A stretch of DNA of 64,000 nucleotides from Daphnia carinata. Taxonomy: Eukaryota. The DNA lies in assembly GCF_022539665.2 (NCBI RefSeq), contig NC_081331.1:5332001-5396000 (forward strand), in the 5' to 3' direction. The notes under the pieces are model-generated. The model ran no database searches and had not been told where the DNA came from. It worked only from the letters and a program-made list of their open reading frames with translations. Shown here in pieces: positions 60,301-64,000 of the stretch; within the stretch, counting starts at the first letter, position 1, and each line of letters opens with the position of its first letter. Made by a program: the position numbers and the translations under genes.

Positions 60301-63300
60301 ATCTGGCCCAGCTTCGAAATTACTGGACGCGTCGACCTTGCTCCAATTGAGATTGTCCAGTGATTGGATTATCTGTTGGTATTGATCTTTGGAAAGCGAC
60401 ACTTGTAGAGGAGAGACAACACATCCACGAACTTGAAAGACGTCGCAGACTTCCAGTTTCGGATAGAAATCTGTCAGCGGGAAAAGGAAAGGATCGGCGT
60501 CACTCAGAATGGGTCGATCGACTATGCGATGAAGAGAGAATTTCAACAACGTGTCGTGTAAAATGGGCCGACCATGTGGACTAGCGCAACTGTAAAGCTC
60601 CTGGGCCGTAATGCGCAGAAAAGCCGATGGCCCAGTGTAGAAATGACTAAAGGAACTCTTCCACTTTTCGTCGACATTCAGTGAATATAGACTCATGTCG
60701 CGCACGTCCACTTCAAAATGCTCCTTGTGCGTCCCACCAGAAAGCTCTTCGGACAACTGTGATGAATGCTCTGATTCCATCTTTTTATCGTTGGAAATTT
60801 CAATTTGGCCCAAATGCGCCACCAACACTTGAGGACTCTTGGCGGATCGCGGCAAGACCAGAATAGGACTCTCCAGTAATGCGGTGAAACAAACTCTGGA
60901 TGGTAGTGATGGTTGCTCTTCGTCATTAGCCTCTTTCATGGCGTTAAGACTAAGGCCTTCAGTCACGGATGTGGAACCACTGATGTAAATGCTTTGGGCT
61001 AAACCCTCCGTTCCACGGTGTAGCAAATCAACGGCCATTTCAGCCGCCGTTAATTTCAGAGACATGGCCATATTAGAAACGGACTGTTTGAATTCGCTTA
61101 CACAGGCAGTAACTTCTGCAAGAAAATGAACCGAATGGCTATAACACAAAGAAGCCATTCGAATTTCGAGGCTCAGCTTGTAGCCATCTTCTTCTTCACA
61201 GGGGACCTCCAATCCCGGTTGCAGAAACTTGAAGCTGAATGCTTTGACTTCATTTTTGTCTTTGGCCGTCTCGTAGAGTCCTTGGCTGACCAGCATGTAA
61301 AGGTTCCGGTGCTGCTCGACTAATGGGTCGTGGCCAACACTGATGACTCGTTGATGCTTCTGGCCTTCCGGAGTTAGGTCCAGCACTTGAAGTCCGCCCA
61401 AGGATCCTTGAACGAGGACGTCGGAGGCTAAATTACCACTTATGTGGGCTTCGGTGACAGTGAGTGTGGCTACTTTACGGCCGACAAGCATTTCTTCTTT
61501 GACCACCGATCGAAGAAGTAGGATAGTTAGACGATGGAAATCAAACGTAATATCCGTGCTACCGTCTGGAACAAAGGAAAATGGTGGGAATCGTGATTGA
61601 CTCGTATGTAGCCCAGTAGACAAGTTTGATTCGTCAGGATTGGAGGGCATTGTTTTTTTGGGCATAACGCGTTGAAAAAAACTGGCCAGTTCCACAACCG
61701 TATCTTGGTTCGCTATAACATCTAACGAATTGAAGTGGACTTTGATGATTCGAATGCGGCCTTCGGCTTTACCATCGACCCATGTTGGTTCCACTGTCAC
61801 AATGTCTATCAATATTAGCGCTTCAGATTTCAAAGCCGAGGCTGCCATTCGGTGACGGGCCATTGGTGGTGACAGGCCATCTTTCCTCCAAGAAGAATCG
61901 GTTTGCAGTCAAGTTAGGGCCTGCTGGGCAAGTGACACGGGCGATGTGGCCGGCTGTCCTTTGTGGGAAGACGGATCCGACGATGAAACAGAGACGGGCA
62001 AAGTCGGTTCGCTTTCTTTTAAACTTCCACTCATGCTATCCATGCTGACGTGTTTGTGGCTGGCGATCAATAGCTCGTAGTCTGAACCCAGAGTCTGCAT
62101 AGCGTCAACTATAGCAGTAAGCTATGAACGGCCAGATGAATCGAACTATCCGACGGACGCATGGAATAGCTGGCCTGGACTCCACCCACTTGTAGTTCGG
62201 CAACACTTCGTCCTCGTGACTGAACTTCCACTGAAAGTTGTTCAATATTAAATTGGGCCATGAACCAATGTTCTTCCGACTTCTCCGTTTCAGTTATGGA
62301 TGCATCCGTTTCGTCGGTATCACCATCTTCAGAGGCTGTATCGTAAACAGAAGTGGGTACAACGTTGGGACGGAATTGCTTGGACACAGACAGAAGAGCG
62401 TGGATCTTTGGTTCGTTAATATGGGCCACAAGGTGAGGTAGGGATCCAGTCAAAGTCAAAAATGGTTTCTCCAAATCGGGTAGGATTCTTCCGTACTTTT
62501 CGACATGGATCAGAATAGAAAATCGGTCCAGAAGGTGGAGGGCGGATGTGCCTTTTAAATGCGCTTGCTTCCAGTTGTCTTTGACGCGACACACGAGCAG
62601 CTGTAGATCGGAAAAGTGTACATTATACTTATCCGATACATCATTGCATTCCTTGCTACCACTCGTAAAGCTATTCACGTCGTGAGTGTCGTCAAGTGGT
62701 GTGGTTACAGCTGATTCATTGGGCGGCGTCGAGCAAGGGGTGATGTATTGTTCGTCGTCGTCGTCTTCATTGCTATTTCTGGTTGTCGTTTCTAATTCAG
62801 CAGCGATGCAATTGACAGTACTGCGCGTCACATGGAAATGTCCAAAATCTATGATCATAAGAAGCGAATCGCGACTCACAACCGATTCCGGTATAAGAAT
62901 ATGGGGCGCAGAGATGTTAATTAGCAAGTCCCATGACTGTAGCTCTGATGATAAATTCACGGATGAGGGCGTTAACGTCTGCGTTAAACTTTCTTTCGTT
63001 TTCTGCTTGACGGCTTCAAAACCCGATCGTGCCGCCTGGCGTAGTCGTTGGCCTAATGCTGACCTCTCTTCCGTTGTGTTATGTGGTACGGAATAGAGTT
63101 CAATGATTTTTTTAAATAAACTGTGATTGTAAACACATTCAATGGCCAACGACGTTATTTTCAATCGGTGATCCCAATTACTACCGGGAGGATGTCTTTC
63201 ATAAACCTATCAAAAAGTAAAATTGCAATAACCTCTGGTGATGTTGTACAGTATGAAAGCTTGACTCACGAAATCAAAAAGCGGCGCTTCATCTTGTGAA

Positions 63301-64000
63301 ACGTTCAAATTTGGACTTGACGGACTGCTGCGAAAGAACGGCAGGTTAAATCCAGGTAGAAGAGAACCCATTCCGGCAAAAGACTTGTAAGGTCGCGCAT
63401 CTTTTCTTTGCGGACACACGATTAGCGGGAAAAGTGAACCAGTGGTGGAACAATCGCGAACCCACACATTCCCCAGACTGAGATGGAATTTATTTGATTT
63501 CAGTCTTGGTCTTGACTCCCATTCTTGCAAAACGTTATCAAACTCTATTTCTAGGAGAGTACTCCAAGATTGACCTGTTTCAGTTCTGTGACAGGTGGAC
63601 AAGCGGATCAACCCTTGTTTCAAAGTTGAACTCAATTGTAGTGGTAGAATATCTCGCTGACGGACTGTATTATCTCTCATCGCATCTTCTAATGTTTCGA
63701 GGATCTCGTGTTCCACTCTGTCTTCGTTAGCTGATTGCTCATTTCCATTGGTACTTTCCTCTGCCGACCACCAGGATGAGAACCAACGCTGAAATAATGA
63801 TGAATTTCCTGTCACCGCATCGCCTAAGATCGATTCACTTTTCGATTGTGATTTGGCGATTTGCTGCATGGCAATTGATCGCAGCACTTGTAGTTCTTGT
63901 AGCTCAAGCTCTGATTCAATTCTTTCACGTTGCAGCTTTGATTCTGCTGTCATCCCGATTGGATTAAGAAGATGTTCCTTAAATGATTGAACATACAGAA
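51308..64000 (-). CDS. VPS13D: Vacuolar protein sorting 13D (bridge-like lipid transfer protein), 5' part outside the window
   Basis: Very long multi-exon frame with DYYNRVLSGWEPFIEP, a UBA domain (LKALGFSTDDCQTALQSCNDNLEEAALWL) characteristic of VPS13D, VAB-region APYWLVNKAGIPLIFRQ, a ricin-like segment (QTWHFTDDGRLCC), ILGSTDFLGNPLG and GKGLVGTVTKP. TAG at 51310-51308. Confidence 0.93.

Overview
Eukaryotic, gene-dense, AT-rich window with short (~60-100 bp) GT-AG introns. It is most consistent with a branchiopod crustacean such as Daphnia (inferred from intron size and gene content, not proven). Left to right: (1) a 100-N assembly gap that truncates WDR11; (2) a compact housekeeping block (WDR11, MRPL43, NOC3L, an orphan acidic ORF, DENR) with a tRNA-like Pol III/SINE-type insert between WDR11 and MRPL43; (3) a ~5.5-kb non-coding domain bracketed by CTCF-like motifs, leading into a DE-cadherin-like type IV classical cadherin; (4) an intact GH16 beta-1,3-glucanase/LGBP-type gene followed by an intron-retaining pseudogene copy; (5) a tandem array of four DEG/ENaC (pickpocket) genes interrupted by an ELOVL elongase, plus the 3' relic of a fifth pickpocket copy fused to a palindrome-rich ~660-bp tandem repeat; (6) VPS13D running off the window, with a candidate 27-nt cassette microexon. 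I found no clearly new multi-gene system. The best leads are the birth-and-death pickpocket/ELOVL locus, the Pol III-like element, the CTCF-like boundary motifs and the VPS13D microexon. Exon boundaries were read by eye; all homology calls come from recalled family motifs, not database searches.
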